Virus record (IMG/VR): IMGVR_UViG_3300027763_000026
Reading direction: 5' to 3' (one strand)
Length of the DNA: 64,000 nucleotides
Source: a virus
Of the stretch, positions 38,287 to 48,593 are shown one piece after another. How positions within the stretch are numbered: the stretch's first letter is position 1; each line of letters opens with the position of its first letter. The position numbers and the translations under genes were made by a program. Below the pieces are notes generated by a model. That model was not told the DNA's origin. It ran no database searches and was given only the letters and a program-made list of their open reading frames with translations.

Positions 38287-39851
38287 AATTAATATCTTAT
38301 AGAAAAAATATTTATAGTCAAAATGGAGAAGATGGCATCATAGAGGAAATATTAAATAGGTTAAATATAAAAGAAGGCTCATTTGTCGAGTTCGGTGCGT
38401 TGGACGGAGTTACCTTTAGCAATACATATAATTTATTAAAAAATAAAAACTGGCAAGGCTTTTATATAGAAAGCGACAAGAAGAATTATTTTCATTTAGA
38501 AAAGCTTAAAGAAATATACAAAGAAAAATTAATAATACTCAATGAAAAAGTCGAAGTCGAAGGAGAATCTAGCCTAGATAAGCTTATAAAAAAGCATACA
38601 AATTTTTCAAAACAATTTGATCTATTAAGTATAGATATAGATTCATTTGACTATCAAATTTTTGAAAGTCTTCAAGAATATGAACCCACTATTATAATAA
38701 TAGAAATTGAAAGTACAATTCATCCACCAAAAGAACAAATTCATGATGGAATAAAAAATTTTAGAACTAGCTTTAGCAGTATGGTTAAATTAGGTCAAAC
38801 TAAAGGATATACTGCGGTTTGCCACACTGGTAATATAATTTTTGTTAGAAATGATAAATGCAATCAAATAAAATTAGAAGAAGAATATATACAAAATCCT
38901 AGCAAACTATTTTTATCTAAAGGGTGGTATTTCCAAAATCCAGGGCTAGTTCAGACTATTTCTTGGAAAGAAGAATTCAAAAAAAGCGTCTTTTATTTTA
39001 ACATAGAAAATAATTTAGATTTTTATAAAAAAGAAAATTTTCAAAATCAATTATCAATATGTAAATTTTTTGATAATTATAAAAATAACGAGAAATTTAA
39101 TCTTCATTTTTATTGGCAAGATTATGGAACTCCATTTAATGAAAAACATGCATTATCTATCAAAAGCGCTATAGCTACTCAAAATTTAAATAATTGTAAA
39201 ATTATACTTTGGTCAAATAGGGATTTATCAGAAAACGAATACCTTAAACCTTTGTTGCCATTTATACAACATAAAATTTGGGACATGGAAAAACATTTAA
39301 AAGACTTTGGATTAGAAAAATTAATAGAACTATTAAAATCAGATAGAGGATATGTTACTGGGGATATATTTAGAATTTTATGCTTAGGACTATACGGAGG
39401 GATTTATTGTGATTTAGATATTATTTTATTAAAAGATCTTTCTCCACTTTTAAAATATGAATTTACATATTTCTGGCCATTAATAAACTCGCAAAACGGT
39501 TCAATCATGAGAATTGATTATCAAAGTGATTTTTTTAAAAATTTAATTAAAACAATCAAAAATACAGAAAAAATTAATCCTAATTCGTTTAATCTAGGAG
39601 AGGTGCTTTATAGAAAAACTAGAGAAAATTTTAAAAAATACTCTATTTTTCCTACAAGTTGGTTTGATGGAGACTGGTTGAATATAGATTTTAAAGATAA
39701 TTTTAAATCTAATAAAAAGCAATTATTTTATGATGACGCTTTCGCTTGGCATTGGCACAACCATTGGAATGAGCCAATAGAGAAAGATAGTAAATTTTAC
39801 ATATATAAAAATAAAATAAATAAAATATTATTAAATTTCAATATATATTAA
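38283..39851 (+). CDS. Fusion: FkbM-like methyltransferase plus DXD (GT32-like) glycosyltransferase
   Basis: YSQNGEDG, VEFGALDG, SIDID; DIFR...GGIYCDLD, WHWHN. Confidence 0.75.
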   Translation: MKLISYRKNIYSQNGEDGIIEEILNRLNIKEGSFVEFGALDGVTFSNTYNLLKNKNWQGFYIESDKKNYFHLEKLKEIYKEKLIILNEKVEVEGESSLDKLIKKHTNFSKQFDLLSIDIDSFDYQIFESLQEYEPTIIIIEIESTIHPPKEQIHDGIKNFRTSFSSMVKLGQTKGYTAVCHTGNIIFVRNDKCNQIKLEEEYIQNPSKLFLSKGWYFQNPGLVQTISWKEEFKKSVFYFNIENNLDFYKKENFQNQLSICKFFDNYKNNEKFNLHFYWQDYGTPFNEKHALSIKSAIATQNLNNCKIILWSNRDLSENEYLKPLLPFIQHKIWDMEKHLKDFGLEKLIELLKSDRGYVTGDIFRILCLGLYGGIYCDLDIILLKDLSPLLKYEFTYFWPLINSQNGSIMRIDYQSDFFKNLIKTIKNTEKINPNSFNLGEVLYRKTRENFKKYSIFPTSWFDGDWLNIDFKDNFKSNKKQLFYDDAFAWHWHNHWNEPIEKDSKFYIYKNKINKILLNFNIY

Positions 39852-39862
39852 TATAATTCATT

Positions 39863-40852
39863 ATGAACATTAAAAAATTAGCTGTTGTTTGTGGTGCGGG
39901 TGGCTTTATTGGCTCTCATTTAGTTAAAAAATTAAAAAGCGAAGGGTTTTGGGTTAGAGGAGTAGATCTAAAATACCCTCAATATTCATCAACAGAAGCG
40001 GATGATTTTCTTGTTGGAGATTTAACTTGTCCAATTTTTGCTCATAGAGCAATACCAGATGATGTAGACGAATTATACCAATTAGCCGCAGATATGGGTG
40101 GCGCAGGATATATTTTTACAGGAGAAAATGATGCAAATGTAATGCATAATTCAGCGCTAATCAATCTTAATATAGCTCATATCGCAGTTTCAAAAAGAAC
40201 AAAAAATTTATTCTATAGTTCTTCTGCTTGTGTTTATCCAGAATATAATCAATTAGACCCAAATAATCCAAAATGCTCAGAAGAATCAGCTTATCCAGCT
40301 GCACCAGATAGCGAATATGGATGGGAAAAGCTCTTTAGCGAAAGGCTCTTTTTGGCTTATAAAAGAAACCATAAATTAAATGTCCATGTCGCAAGATATC
40401 ATAATATTTTTGGTCCAGAAGGCACATATAAAGGTGGAAAAGAAAAATCTCCAGCTGCACTTTGCAGAAAAGTAATAGAGGCTCCAGATGGTGGAGAAAT
40501 TGAAATTTGGGGTGATGGCCAACAAACTAGATCATTTTTATATATAGATGAATGCGTAGAAGGCACAATTAAATTAATGAGATCAGATTTCGAAGGGCCA
40601 TTTAATATAGGATCAGAAGAAATGATATCAATTAATGATTTTGCAAAAATGATCATTGAATTGAGTGGCAAAAAATTAAGCATCAAGAATATATCAGGGC
40701 CACTAGGCGTAAGGGGCAGAAAATCAGATAACAAACTAATAAGAGAAAAACTCTTTTGGGCCCCTTCTCAACATCTAAAAGATGGAATACAAAAAACATA
40801 TAATTGGATTAAGAGCCAAATAGAGGATAAACAAATTGAGCCAAAATCTTAA
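39863..40852 (+). CDS. GDP-mannose 3,5-epimerase-like NAD-dependent epimerase
   Basis: GAGGFIGSHL, AADMGGAG, YSSSACVYP, YGWEKLFSE, EKSPAALCRK. Confidence 0.85.
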   Translation: MNIKKLAVVCGAGGFIGSHLVKKLKSEGFWVRGVDLKYPQYSSTEADDFLVGDLTCPIFAHRAIPDDVDELYQLAADMGGAGYIFTGENDANVMHNSALINLNIAHIAVSKRTKNLFYSSSACVYPEYNQLDPNNPKCSEESAYPAAPDSEYGWEKLFSERLFLAYKRNHKLNVHVARYHNIFGPEGTYKGGKEKSPAALCRKVIEAPDGGEIEIWGDGQQTRSFLYIDECVEGTIKLMRSDFEGPFNIGSEEMISINDFAKMIIELSGKKLSIKNISGPLGVRGRKSDNKLIREKLFWAPSQHLKDGIQKTYNWIKSQIEDKQIEPKS

Positions 40853-41978
40853 AGATACATATCATGGCAAAAAAATTGATACAGCTAATATTTTAAATAT
40901 AGAAGATGCCGCTAGATTAATCAACGGAAGGAAAACCTGTATCGTAACTGGAGTCACGGGTCAAGACGGCAGTTTCATGGTTGAATATTTACTTAAAAAT
41001 ACAGATCTTTTAATTTTTGGCGGAGTAAGAAGGCTCAGTGTTTATAATCATGAAAATATTAAACAGATTAAAAGCGATAGATTTCATTTAATTAATTTTG
41101 ATTTAACTGACGCTCATTCAATTAGCAGGACAATAGAAAAATTAAAGCCAGATTATTTCATTAATTTTGCGGCGCAAAGCTTTGTAGCTAGTAGCTGGGA
41201 TTTTGCTCGCCAGACTTGGGAAACAAATTCTACTGCGATATTAGATATATTAGAAGCAATTAGACTCTATAACCCATCTTGCAGATTATATCAAGCAGGC
41301 TCTAGTGAAGAGTTTGGCAATATACTTTATAGTCCTCAAGATGAAAATCATCCACTTAGGCCAAGAAGCCCATATGGAGCCTCAAAATGCGCTTCTAGAC
41401 AACTTATAAAAGTCTATAGAGAGTCGTATAATCTTTACGCAGTTCAAGGATGGTTATTTAATCATGAAGGTACCAGGAGAGGGGAAGAGTTTGTCACAAG
41501 AAAAATTACAAAAAACGTAGCGAGAATTTACCATGCAATTAAGGTCAATCAAGAATTTGAAGCCCTAGAACTAGGAAATATCGAAGCACAAAGAGATTGG
41601 AGTGATGCAGAGGATTTTATAGAGGGTATTTGGATGATGCTGAATCAAGACAAGTATAATAAAAACTATAATGGATCTCCTATAGATTACGTACTTTCTT
41701 CTAACGAAACTCATACGATTAAAGAATTCGTAGAAAAAGCTTTTAATATAGTCGGAATAAAAGGAAACTGGATCGGCGAAGGAGAGCATACGATGTATAT
41801 TTCAGAAGATAAAAAAGTATTAATGCAAATAAATTCTAAATTCTACAGACCTGCAGAAGTAAGCCTTTTGCGTGGTAAATCTGATAAAGCAAGAAGCGAC
41901 CTGGGGTGGAAACCAAATACTTTATTTGATGATTTAATTAAAAAAATGGTTGAATTTGATGTTAATCATACACGGTAG
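40836..41978 (+). CDS. gmd: GDP-mannose 4,6-dehydratase
   Basis: TGVTGQDGS, AAQSFV, QAGSSEEFG, PRSPYGASK, FNHE...RGEEFVTRKI. Confidence 0.9.
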   Translation: MSQNLKDTYHGKKIDTANILNIEDAARLINGRKTCIVTGVTGQDGSFMVEYLLKNTDLLIFGGVRRLSVYNHENIKQIKSDRFHLINFDLTDAHSISRTIEKLKPDYFINFAAQSFVASSWDFARQTWETNSTAILDILEAIRLYNPSCRLYQAGSSEEFGNILYSPQDENHPLRPRSPYGASKCASRQLIKVYRESYNLYAVQGWLFNHEGTRRGEEFVTRKITKNVARIYHAIKVNQEFEALELGNIEAQRDWSDAEDFIEGIWMMLNQDKYNKNYNGSPIDYVLSSNETHTIKEFVEKAFNIVGIKGNWIGEGEHTMYISEDKKVLMQINSKFYRPAEVSLLRGKSDKARSDLGWKPNTLFDDLIKKMVEFDVNHTR

Positions 41979-42019
41979 GAATTTTGATCTTAAAAGTATT
42001 ATAATCAATTATTTAAAAT

Positions 42020-42835
42020 ATGAAAATAAATAAGGTTTTATTCGTTAGCAATGATAATGAAAACTATATAAGTTTTTGGCCATCTATATCTAAACATTTT
42101 AAAAAATATTTAGGGTTAGATTGTAAATTATTCTTTATTGGTGATTACAATAAAGACAATTCAAAATACTTGACAGAAGATCATGGAGAAATACAATTTT
42201 TTAAACCTCTTAAAGAATATCCTTTAATTATCCAATGTTTATGGGGAAAATTTTGGTTCACTCAAACAGAATTAGATACAAACTGGTTAATAGGTGATAT
42301 AGATTTATATCCATTAAATAAAAAATATTATTTTGACGCTCTAAATAAAATACCACAAGACGGCTACGGGCATTTAAATGCGAACGGTTATAAATTTGGA
42401 AATTGGTACGATGTGCCTAAATTGGGATTGCCTGGTTATTATCATTGCGCAAAAGGATCGAAGTTTAAAGAATTTTTAAATCTCTCGTCTTCTTTTGAAG
42501 AAGACGTAAAATATATTTTTGAATCTAAAAAATATGGAGCAGCATTAAATGGTCTTTATCCAAATAAACAAGCCATACCCGATAGAGTAAAAAGAGCAAT
42601 TCCAGAGCACTATGAATATATTTGTTGCGAAGAAAACTTAAGCACAGAAAGATTAATGGATAAAAAAGATATAATACATTCATTTACATATCCTACAAAT
42701 CTAATTAGATTAGAGTCTTTAATGTTTTATAATAAAATGGATCATGACTTTTATATAGATATACATTGCCCTAGACCATATACAAAATATGGAGCAGATC
42801 TAGAAAAAATCTTAGAAAAATATGAAAACAATTAG
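42020..42835 (+). CDS. Glycosyltransferase-like hypothetical protein
   Basis: LIGDIDLYP (DxD); glycan-island context. Confidence 0.5.
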   Translation: MKINKVLFVSNDNENYISFWPSISKHFKKYLGLDCKLFFIGDYNKDNSKYLTEDHGEIQFFKPLKEYPLIIQCLWGKFWFTQTELDTNWLIGDIDLYPLNKKYYFDALNKIPQDGYGHLNANGYKFGNWYDVPKLGLPGYYHCAKGSKFKEFLNLSSSFEEDVKYIFESKKYGAALNGLYPNKQAIPDRVKRAIPEHYEYICCEENLSTERLMDKKDIIHSFTYPTNLIRLESLMFYNKMDHDFYIDIHCPRPYTKYGADLEKILEKYENN

Positions 42836-43625
42836 TCATTGGTGCGGAAGATTTGGTAATAATATACAACAATTAAGCAATGCGATATTATTTTGCGAAC
42901 AAAATAAAATGCATTTTAAAATGCCACACCATGATTTAATTAAAAATATTGATATAAAGTTTGGAGAAAAATTAACGTCTCCGAATCCATTCTTTTTTTA
43001 TAATGAAAGCATTACAAACCAAGGAGGACCTCATTTTCCAATCGACGTAAACTTCCTAAGAAAAGAAAGAAAAAAGATCTGTTTAAAATATATAAAACCA
43101 TTTTTAAATATAAAAGATGACTACCAATTGAATTCTAGTACATTAGTTATACATATAAGAAGTGGCGATATCTTTTCTAGAGAAAATTATTATTGTCCAG
43201 TTGTCTCTAGATATCTACAAGCACCAAAATTTTTTTATGAAAAAATAATTAAACAGTACACTAAAACAATTATAGTTACAGAAATAGATAAAAAAAATCC
43301 AGTTCTGGCAGAATTAGAAAAGTATAAAAACGTTCAAATCATGACTCCTTCATTGGAGCATTCAATAAAAATTATGCTGGGAGCAAAAAATCTAGCGACG
43401 TCAGGAGTATCGAGCTTTCCAATAGCATGTGGCCTACTTTCTTTAAATTTAGAAAAATTTTATAGCACAAATCTTTTTCTTGAAGAAATTATTAATTATA
43501 AAGATTTAGAAAAAACTGGCGCAGAAATATTTTTAGAAATGATAAATCTTGAAAAGTATATAAATTTCAATCAATGGTTAAATACGCCTTCTCAAAGAGA
43601 AATGATGCTAAAATATGAACAATAA
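42822..43625 (+). CDS. GT11-like protein
   Basis: GRFGNNIQQL, HIRSGD, SSF. Confidence 0.6.
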   Translation: MKTISHWCGRFGNNIQQLSNAILFCEQNKMHFKMPHHDLIKNIDIKFGEKLTSPNPFFFYNESITNQGGPHFPIDVNFLRKERKKICLKYIKPFLNIKDDYQLNSSTLVIHIRSGDIFSRENYYCPVVSRYLQAPKFFYEKIIKQYTKTIIVTEIDKKNPVLAELEKYKNVQIMTPSLEHSIKIMLGAKNLATSGVSSFPIACGLLSLNLEKFYSTNLFLEEIINYKDLEKTGAEIFLEMINLEKYINFNQWLNTPSQREMMLKYEQ

Positions 43626-44397
43626 AATTATTTATTTATTAAGAAATTCTCCTAAAGACTTAATGCTTTTTAAAAAAAGTATAGAATTATTAAAATTAAA
43701 TTTTTTAGAAAATAATAATTACCCAATATATGTATTTAATGAAGACGTAGATGAATTTTTTTTTGAAAGATTAAATTTAGAATTTGCCTTAAAAATAACA
43801 AGTGTAAAAATAAAATTTAAACTTCCAGATTTTTTAAATAATAAATCAGTGCCAGAATTCATATTTGTGCAAGGCGTTCCATTTCCATTTACGTTAGGAT
43901 ATAGACACATGTGCAGATTTTATGCAGGAGAAATGTATAAGCATCAGATTTTACAAGACACAGACTATTATCTAAGATTAGATAATGATTCTTTTTTTAT
44001 CTCAAAAGTTAAATACGATATATTTAATCATATGAAAAATAATAATTTAATATACGGATATAATAAAATTACTACCGATAACCCAATAGTTGTAGAAAAC
44101 TTATGGGAAAGTGCTTTCGAATATAGTTCTAAAATAAAAACTATCAAAAAACCCATTATAGATATAAAACACCCATTAATATATTATACGAATTTTGAAA
44201 TAGCAAAAACTAAATGGTTTTTAGAAAAAGAATATAATGATTTTTACAATTTTATTGATAATCTTGGCGGAATATATCATAAAAGATGGGGAGATGCAGC
44301 GATAAAGTATTTGGGGATAGAAATGCTTTTAGAAGACAAATACAAATATAATTTCAATGATCTAAACTATCGTCACGGAAATATATTTAATTTTTAA
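43615..44397 (+). CDS. GT15 (KRE2/MNT1-like) alpha-1,2-mannosyltransferase-like protein
   Basis: GYRHMCRFY, YYLRLDND, YYTNFEI, GGIYHKRWGDA. Confidence 0.8.
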   Translation: MNNKIIYLLRNSPKDLMLFKKSIELLKLNFLENNNYPIYVFNEDVDEFFFERLNLEFALKITSVKIKFKLPDFLNNKSVPEFIFVQGVPFPFTLGYRHMCRFYAGEMYKHQILQDTDYYLRLDNDSFFISKVKYDIFNHMKNNNLIYGYNKITTDNPIVVENLWESAFEYSSKIKTIKKPIIDIKHPLIYYTNFEIAKTKWFLEKEYNDFYNFIDNLGGIYHKRWGDAAIKYLGIEMLLEDKYKYNFNDLNYRHGNIFNF

Positions 44398-45267
44398 ATG
44401 AATATAGTGCTTTTTAATTTTGGAGAGAATAAACCTTATTTTAAAGATTGCATTTCTCAAGCTAAAAAATATAATCAAAAAATAAATGTATTTTTCATAG
44501 GCAATGACAAAAAATACGTAGAAGAAGCAGAATTTTATGATCTAAAAGATCTAGAAAAATCAGAAAACATTAAAAAATTTAATGATTTAGATTTTTACTC
44601 TAAACATGAAAATCCATTGTGGACAACATCAATGATGAGATTTTTTTATATGGAAGATTTCATAAGAAAATTTAATTTAAAAAATATATTTCATTTTGAT
44701 AATGATGTATTAATATATGGCGATTTTAATAATGTATTAAGCAAAATAAATCTTGAAGAAGAAAATATATTTACGCCTACCAATAATTTTAATTTAACAT
44801 GCGGTTTATTTTATACTAAATCTTATAATTCAATTTTTAAATTAAATTCATTAATTTTAAATAAAATTTCTATCGAAACATCAATGCTAAACCAAAAGTA
44901 TTCGTCATCCCGAAGTCTACCAGAGGAACCCTTCATGGCCAATGAGATGACTATATTGAAAATTATACAAGATGAAAATATGGGGGTTATATCCCTTTTC
45001 CCTACGATGCCCAAAAGCGAAAATTATGAAAGATACAATATATGTTTTGATCCTTCTTCTTGGGGTCAATATATTGGTGGTACGCCAAATACTGGACCAG
45101 GATGGGCAGGGAGTCATCATAGAATAGGAAAAGAAATTTTAAACAATAAATATAAAGCTTATATGGACGCAGATAATAAACCGAAAATTCTTGATTTGAA
45201 ATCTAATAATAGTTACGAATTATTTAATCTTCATATTCATAGCAAAAACTTAAATAAATTTATATAA
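44398..45267 (+). CDS. Glycosyltransferase-like hypothetical protein
   Basis: FHFDNDVLIY, FDPSSWGQY, NLHIHSK. Confidence 0.5.
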   Translation: MNIVLFNFGENKPYFKDCISQAKKYNQKINVFFIGNDKKYVEEAEFYDLKDLEKSENIKKFNDLDFYSKHENPLWTTSMMRFFYMEDFIRKFNLKNIFHFDNDVLIYGDFNNVLSKINLEEENIFTPTNNFNLTCGLFYTKSYNSIFKLNSLILNKISIETSMLNQKYSSSRSLPEEPFMANEMTILKIIQDENMGVISLFPTMPKSENYERYNICFDPSSWGQYIGGTPNTGPGWAGSHHRIGKEILNNKYKAYMDADNKPKILDLKSNNSYELFNLHIHSKNLNKFI

Positions 45268-45345
45268 AAATATATTTGATATATATCATACAATATACAT
45301 GCATAGCCAAAATATACAAATCATATATCATGAAAAAAAAAAAAC

Positions 45346-46019
45346 ATGAATATACTTTATGTCATATTGAGTTGCCAAAAATTTATTCCTACAAAATGTC
45401 AATGGATCAAAAAAACATGGGTCAAAAATTTAAATCAAAATGATGATTATGTAATTTTGGCTCAAAAGAAGATCTTTTGAATAAAACTGTAGGATACGAC
45501 ACTGGAGACGAATACAAGCATGCTGCCGATAAATATTCTGAATTTTTTAAAAATTACCAACCCGCTGCGGACATAGATTGGTTATTTTTTGTAGACGACG
45601 ATACATACGTGTACACAAGCAGATTAAAGTCTGCACTTAATAGTTACAGCGGAGACGAAGTCATTGGCAGAGAAATATGGGTAGGACCAGAAGTAGCATC
45701 CAGAGGAATTCACAAAGATAATGGTAGGGTTATCTTTCCTGTAAATTGCCCTTCGGGAGGATCAGGCTTTGCAATAAGTAAAAAAGTTTTTTATATCATA
45801 AAAAAATATGTAAACGACGATATTCACTGTAAAGTTCATAACAGTGATGTAACATTTGGTTTTTGGTCCAGAGAAAATAATATACCTATAATAAATAGAC
45901 CCGACCTTTTTAAGTCACAAAATCCAGATCATCCAGAAAATATAAACGTAAAAACCCCTGTAACTTGGCATTATTGCGAAGAAAAACATTTTATCGAAAG
46001 TTTTTTAAATGATTTATGA
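45346..46019 (+). pseudogene. Fringe/GT31-like glycosyltransferase split by a single-base frameshift (or sequencing indel)
   Basis: 5' frame MNILYVILSCQK...KKTW stops at 45480; 3' frame (45477 ORF) has FFVDDDTYV, SGGSG, SDV. Confidence 0.7.
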
Positions 46020-47106
46020 TTTTTTAATAGTAGGCGCTGGTCTTTTCGGCTCTACCTTTGCCCAAAAAGCAAAAGAATCTGGTAAAAAATGTTTGATGAT
46101 AGACTCAAGAAATCATATCGGTGGAAATGTTTATACAGAAAATAAAGAAGGAATAAATATACATAAATATGGTCCACATATATTTCATACCAATAATGAC
46201 GAAATATGGAATTATATAAATAAATTCGCAAGGTTCAACCATTTCGTTTGTAGACCTAAAGTTAATTTTAAAAATAAAATATTTTCTTTTCCTATAAATC
46301 TTTTTACCTTGTATCAACTTTGGGGAGTTAATACGCCAGAGTTAGCTAAAAGCAAGCTAGAAGAAGTTAAAGTTAAAATTCAAGAACCGAACAATCTAGA
46401 AGAATGGATTCTATCACAAGTCGGCGAAGAAATATATCATACTTTTATATATGGATATACAAAAAAACAATGGGGAAGAGAACCAAAAGAACTTCCTTCT
46501 TTTATTATAAAAAGATTACCAATAAGATTAAATTTTGATGATAATTATTTCTTCGATAAATATCAAGGAGTTCCTATAGATGGATATACAAAATTAATAG
46601 AAAATATGACAGAAGGAATAGATATCATATTAAATGAAAACTACTTTGATAGAAGAGATTATTGGAATAAAAAAGCTAAATCTATAGTTTATACTGGCAA
46701 AATAGATGAGTTTTTTGATTATAAATATGGTGAACTAGAATACAGAAGTCTAAGATTTGAAACAGAAAAACATTTAATAAAAGATTATCAAGGAAACGCT
46801 ATAATCAATTATACAGATTATAATATTCCATATACAAGAATAGTAGAACATAAACACTTTGAATTTGGAAATCAAGATTATACTTACATAACTAAAGAGT
46901 ATCCCGACTCTTGGAATAAAAATAAAGTTCCATATTATCCAATTAATAATGAACAAAATAACTATAAGTATAATAAATATAAAGACTTGAACGAAAAAAC
47001 AAATACTATATTTGGAGGAAGATTAGCCGAATACAAATACTACGATATGCATCAAATAATAGGATCTGCTTTACAAAAAATAAAAAAGATTGACAATAGT
47101 ATATAA
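46009..47106 (+). CDS. glf: UDP-galactopyranose mutase
   Basis: VGAGLFG, HIGGN, HKYGPHIFHT, YTRIVEHKHF, GRLAEYKYYDM. Confidence 0.95.
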   Translation: MIYDFLIVGAGLFGSTFAQKAKESGKKCLMIDSRNHIGGNVYTENKEGINIHKYGPHIFHTNNDEIWNYINKFARFNHFVCRPKVNFKNKIFSFPINLFTLYQLWGVNTPELAKSKLEEVKVKIQEPNNLEEWILSQVGEEIYHTFIYGYTKKQWGREPKELPSFIIKRLPIRLNFDDNYFFDKYQGVPIDGYTKLIENMTEGIDIILNENYFDRRDYWNKKAKSIVYTGKIDEFFDYKYGELEYRSLRFETEKHLIKDYQGNAIINYTDYNIPYTRIVEHKHFEFGNQDYTYITKEYPDSWNKNKVPYYPINNEQNNYKYNKYKDLNEKTNTIFGGRLAEYKYYDMHQIIGSALQKIKKIDNSI

Positions 47107-47125
47107 TGCGTGTTAAATCTAATAC

Positions 47126-47464
47126 GTGAGTAATCATAAACTTTGCCAATTTATAGTTAAAAAATATGTAAAAGGTACTATCAATTGGCCAAGGGAAATC
47201 AAAATTGCTCAAAGATTAATTAAAAAATTCAAATCTTTTGATTTTTGGGATAACTTACAAGAGCTAGGCTCACCTCCTCCTTCATTAGCTTGGTTCTTAA
47301 AATCAGAGGGCAAGGCTTTCTTACTAAAGGAATATGAATCTTTTAATATGAATTTAAATAAAAAAGAAATACCCCTTAGTCAAAATAGAACGGGAGAAGA
47401 TAAAAAAGTTTGCCAAAAACCTAAAACCCTGTTAGAATTTATAAGATATGGGAAGAAAACCTAA
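47126..47464 (+). CDS. Hypothetical protein
   Basis: ORF track, GTG start, coupled to recA. Confidence 0.55.
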   Translation: MSNHKLCQFIVKKYVKGTINWPREIKIAQRLIKKFKSFDFWDNLQELGSPPPSLAWFLKSEGKAFLLKEYESFNMNLNKKEIPLSQNRTGEDKKVCQKPKTLLEFIRYGKKT

Positions 47465-48593
47465 AGAACAAGATCCAGTACAAGATACTGGGCCGAGCGC
47501 AAAAGACAGATTGTCTTCATTTTTAAAAGAAAATAAAGAAGACCATTATAATTATGAAGAAGAGGTTTATTACAAAGTCTCTACGGGAAGTCTGAATTTG
47601 GATATTGCGACGAGTGGAGGTTTATGTCCAGGATTACATAGATTTATTGGAATGAATGAAGGCGGTAAAACCTCAGAAGCACTAGAGGTAATGAAGAACT
47701 TCCTTAAAACCGTAAAAGATTCTAAAGCCCTACTATTTAAAGCTGAAGGAAGATTAAGTAAAGAAATTAAAGAAAGGTCGGGAATAAAGTTCGTAACTTC
47801 TGCTGAAGAATGGGAAGACGGAACATGCTTCGTTTTTGAATGTAATATTTTTGAAACAGTTTCTGAACTTATGAAAGACCTCATTCAAAATAATGATGAA
47901 GGCAAAAGATATATGTTCGTGTTGGACTCGGTTGACGGCTTAATGACTAAAGGGGATAGCCTTAAGAGTATGACAGAAGCAACAAAAGTCGCAGGAGGCG
48001 CGGTAATATCTTCCATGCTTATGAAAAAAATATCTTTAGCCCTTTCTAAGCGCGGACACATGGCCATATTTATTAGTCAGGTTCGTTCGGATATTAAACT
48101 CGATCCATATGCAGCTAATAAAGATATCCGCCAAACGACCGCAACTGGCGGAAACGCTCTTTTACATTTTGCTAACTGGATACTTGAATTTGAACCAAAA
48201 TTTGGAAAAGACCTTATATTAGAAAAACCAAACGAAAGATACGATCAAGTCAAGAATAAAATCATTGGTCATAATGTTAAAATCATCATTAAAAAATCCA
48301 CTAATGAAACTACAAATTCAAAAGTCCAATACCCGATTAAGTATGGCAGAAAAGATGGTTCTTCAGTATGGAGAGAATATGAGGTTATCGACCAAATTCT
48401 TTCTTGGGAGTTCGCATCTGCCAAAGGTGCATGGGTTACTTTTACAGATGAGATTATAGAAGAGCTTAAAAAAGAAAATTTAGAATTAAAAAAACAACAC
48501 CAAGGAGTAGACAATCTTAGGTCTTATCTAGAAGACAACAAGGCGGTTGTAGATTTCTTTTATAGTAAATTTATTAATACTTTAGCTTTATGA
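47448..48593 (+). CDS. recA: RecA/UvsX-like recombinase
   Basis: STGSLNLD, variant Walker A GMNEGGKT, VLDSV, FISQVR, GGNAL. Confidence 0.85.
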   Translation: MGRKPKEQDPVQDTGPSAKDRLSSFLKENKEDHYNYEEEVYYKVSTGSLNLDIATSGGLCPGLHRFIGMNEGGKTSEALEVMKNFLKTVKDSKALLFKAEGRLSKEIKERSGIKFVTSAEEWEDGTCFVFECNIFETVSELMKDLIQNNDEGKRYMFVLDSVDGLMTKGDSLKSMTEATKVAGGAVISSMLMKKISLALSKRGHMAIFISQVRSDIKLDPYAANKDIRQTTATGGNALLHFANWILEFEPKFGKDLILEKPNERYDQVKNKIIGHNVKIIIKKSTNETTNSKVQYPIKYGRKDGSSVWREYEVIDQILSWEFASAKGAWVTFTDEIIEELKKENLELKKQHQGVDNLRSYLEDNKAVVDFFYSKFINTLAL

